Assembly (NCBI GenBank): GCA_965261185.1
Contig: CBDHCN010000002.1
Location: 2,346,506-2,410,505 of the forward strand
Direction of reading: 5' to 3'
DNA length: 64,000 nucleotides
Source: Candidatus Aldehydirespiratoraceae bacterium
GTDB lineage: Bacteria; Actinomycetota; Acidimicrobiia; Acidimicrobiales; Aldehydirespiratoraceae
Shown: positions 62,493 to 64,000 of the stretch, piece after piece
Layout: every line of letters begins with the position of its first letter
Position numbering within the stretch: position 1 is the stretch's first letter
The notes under the pieces: generated by a model
Databases searched by the model: none
What the model saw: only the letters and a program-made list of their open reading frames with translations
What the model was told of the DNA's origin: nothing
Translations under genes and position numbers: made by a program

Positions 62493-63932
62493 ATGAGCAA
62501 GCCAAAATACGAACCGGCTGATAGGGAGCGGCTCGTGCTCGACGCCGTTGAGAACCCCAAATACGACCGGCAGATCCTCAACGGCCTCGGCCCCTTTGTC
62601 AACGGCACCGCCCCCCAGGACATGATCGGATTCTACACCCCCTCCGAACTCGATCAACTTGTCCAGATCCGAGGCACAGAGTTCGACATCGAATCGCGCA
62701 TGCCGGTGAAGATGACCCGCCACTACTTCGAGATCGCCAGGAACAGCCCCGCCCTGCAGAAGCTCGTCAAAGCATCCCCCGACGAGACCCTCAACCTCGA
62801 CGGTGTCGAGGACCCCGGTAAGCAGATGGACTACAGCCCCGTCGAAGGCCTCATCCACAAATACGAGATGGGCCTTCTCTACGTGATCTCGACCTGCTCG
62901 GCGCACTGCCGGTTCTGCTATCGGGAGGAGTTGATCGCTCGCAAACCTGTCGAGCACCGCGACGGCACCGTCAAGAAGAAGGGCCTTGCCCAGATCCTCG
63001 AGGTCACCGACTACATCCGTGTGCACAACGCCGCGGTGGCCGCCAACGGCGGTCGCCACCCGGAAACCGGCAGGGAGAAGCTCCGCGAGATACTCCTGTC
63101 CGGCGGCGACCCCATGGTGCTGCCCAACAGCAAGCTCGCCGCCTGGTTCACCGCCCTCGCCGAAGCCGGCGTTGAGGCGATCCGGCTCGGCACCAAGGAA
63201 CTGGCCTTCCACCCCGACCGCTTCGACCACGCCTTCCTGGACATGATGGACCGGTTCCACGACACCTACCCAGACGTCGGGTTCCGGCTGATGACCCACT
63301 TCAACCACCCCGACGAACTGCTCGCCAAAACTCCCGACGGCGACTACACCGAGGACAGTAACGGTTTCTACAAGTGGCACACCGCCACACGGAGAGCTAT
63401 CGAAGCCGTGGTCTCCCGAGGGTGGATCAGCGTCGAGAACCAGTCGCCGATCATCCGAGGCATCAACAGCGACCCCGACGCGCTCAGGATCCTGCAGCGC
63501 ACCCTGAAACGGGTCGGCGTCGAGAACCACTACTTCTTCTGCGGGCGCGACATCGTCGCCTACCGGGCGTTCAACGTGCCCATCGAGGAAGCCTGGCGGA
63601 TCGTCAACGAGTCGCAGAAGGGGCTGTCCGGCGTGGAGGCCCACGCCCGCCTGGCGATCGCCCACTACCAGGGCAAGACCGAGGTGTGCGCCGTCACCGA
63701 TGACCCGGTCCCGGGCCTTGCGGGAGCTGCGAACGGGGTCGTCATACTCAAGCTCCTGCGCAGCGTCGCCGACGCCCCCGACCGGGGCAAGGTGTGCATC
63801 GTGGGCCGAAACCCCGAAGCCCTCTGGTTCGACGACTACGAGGACCGGGTCCTGTTCGACGAGGCCGGCCTTTTCGACGACCACCGCGTCGAATCCGCAG
63901 ATTCCCGCGAATTGGCCACGATCTCAGCCTGA
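62493..63932 (+). CDS. KamA-family (lysine 2,3-aminomutase-like) radical SAM protein
   Basis: 479-aa ORF. The radical-SAM cluster motif CSAHCRFCYRE follows ...GLIHKYEMGLLYVISTC, with LSGGDPMVL downstream. AGCGGAGG lies upstream. Confidence 0.85.
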   Translation: MSKPKYEPADRERLVLDAVENPKYDRQILNGLGPFVNGTAPQDMIGFYTPSELDQLVQIRGTEFDIESRMPVKMTRHYFEIARNSPALQKLVKASPDETLNLDGVEDPGKQMDYSPVEGLIHKYEMGLLYVISTCSAHCRFCYREELIARKPVEHRDGTVKKKGLAQILEVTDYIRVHNAAVAANGGRHPETGREKLREILLSGGDPMVLPNSKLAAWFTALAEAGVEAIRLGTKELAFHPDRFDHAFLDMMDRFHDTYPDVGFRLMTHFNHPDELLAKTPDGDYTEDSNGFYKWHTATRRAIEAVVSRGWISVENQSPIIRGINSDPDALRILQRTLKRVGVENHYFFCGRDIVAYRAFNVPIEEAWRIVNESQKGLSGVEAHARLAIAHYQGKTEVCAVTDDPVPGLAGAANGVVILKLLRSVADAPDRGKVCIVGRNPEALWFDDYEDRVLFDEAGLFDDHRVESADSRELATISA

Positions 63933-64000
63933 ACGAGACGGCCCGCTGATCGACAAGCGAGTATCGGTCCCAGCGCCAACTCACGGACCAAGAATCTTTG

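Noticed and set aside
62412-63884. 490-aa minus-strand ORF covering the whole KamA-like gene.
   Set aside because: It is antisense to a gene with a clear radical-SAM motif. Its composition (V/G/D/E/A runs) has no recognisable motif. GC-rich antisense shadow ORF.

Overview
GC-rich, actinobacterial-type chromosomal window. Supporting signs are the SOS box TCGAAC-N4-GTTCGA, lexA next to a ChiZ-like LysM gene, gpgS, LLM/F420-type oxidoreductases and a SAM-IV-like leader. 0-23 kb is mostly housekeeping: lexA (cut by the edge), an SOS-controlled LysM gene, a RibD_C-like reductase, nrdJ, an alkyl-sulfatase, gpgS, yihY, a long ACAD, lgt, an ATL-type alkyltransferase-like protein, a DEAD-box helicase, metX plus a PLP enzyme, two LLM oxidoreductases, a DUF4143 ATPase and an ACAD pair. 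23.1-26.1 kb is a visibly AT-richer accessory patch. It carries a tightly coupled operon RHH antitoxin - Doc toxin - [nucleoside-deoxyribosyltransferase-like domain fused to XRE HTH] - ImmA/IrrE protease, and its third gene is split by an 8-bp triplication. This is my best candidate for an undescribed conflict system. 27.5-52.1 kb is a 24-kb lipid/steroid-side-chain-like catabolic island. It holds a Liv-type ABC importer with a triple-fused permease/ATPase, a P450, ACADs, three crotonases, thiolase-like + DUF35, a MaoC dehydratase, FadD, a family III CoA-transferase, ALDH, an amidohydrolase, and one single and one tandem-double GntR regulator. The island is bounded by 290-bp near-identical direct repeats made from the 3' ends of the flanking convergent ech and SDR genes, and its promoters share an AT-rich motif. 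52-64 kb holds an SDR, an APH-type kinase, tRNA-Gly, an MBL hydrolase, a 1-Cys peroxiredoxin, a 799-aa SLH-anchored protein with 10 repeats, an SDR, tRNA-Cys followed by a toxin-antitoxin cluster with decayed copies, an RpiR regulator and a KamA-family radical SAM enzyme. Short tandem duplications (8-19 bp) recur, often exactly at gene 5' ends. I saw no rRNA, CRISPR array, transposase or integrase. All calls come from reading the sequence and the ORF track; no database search was run.
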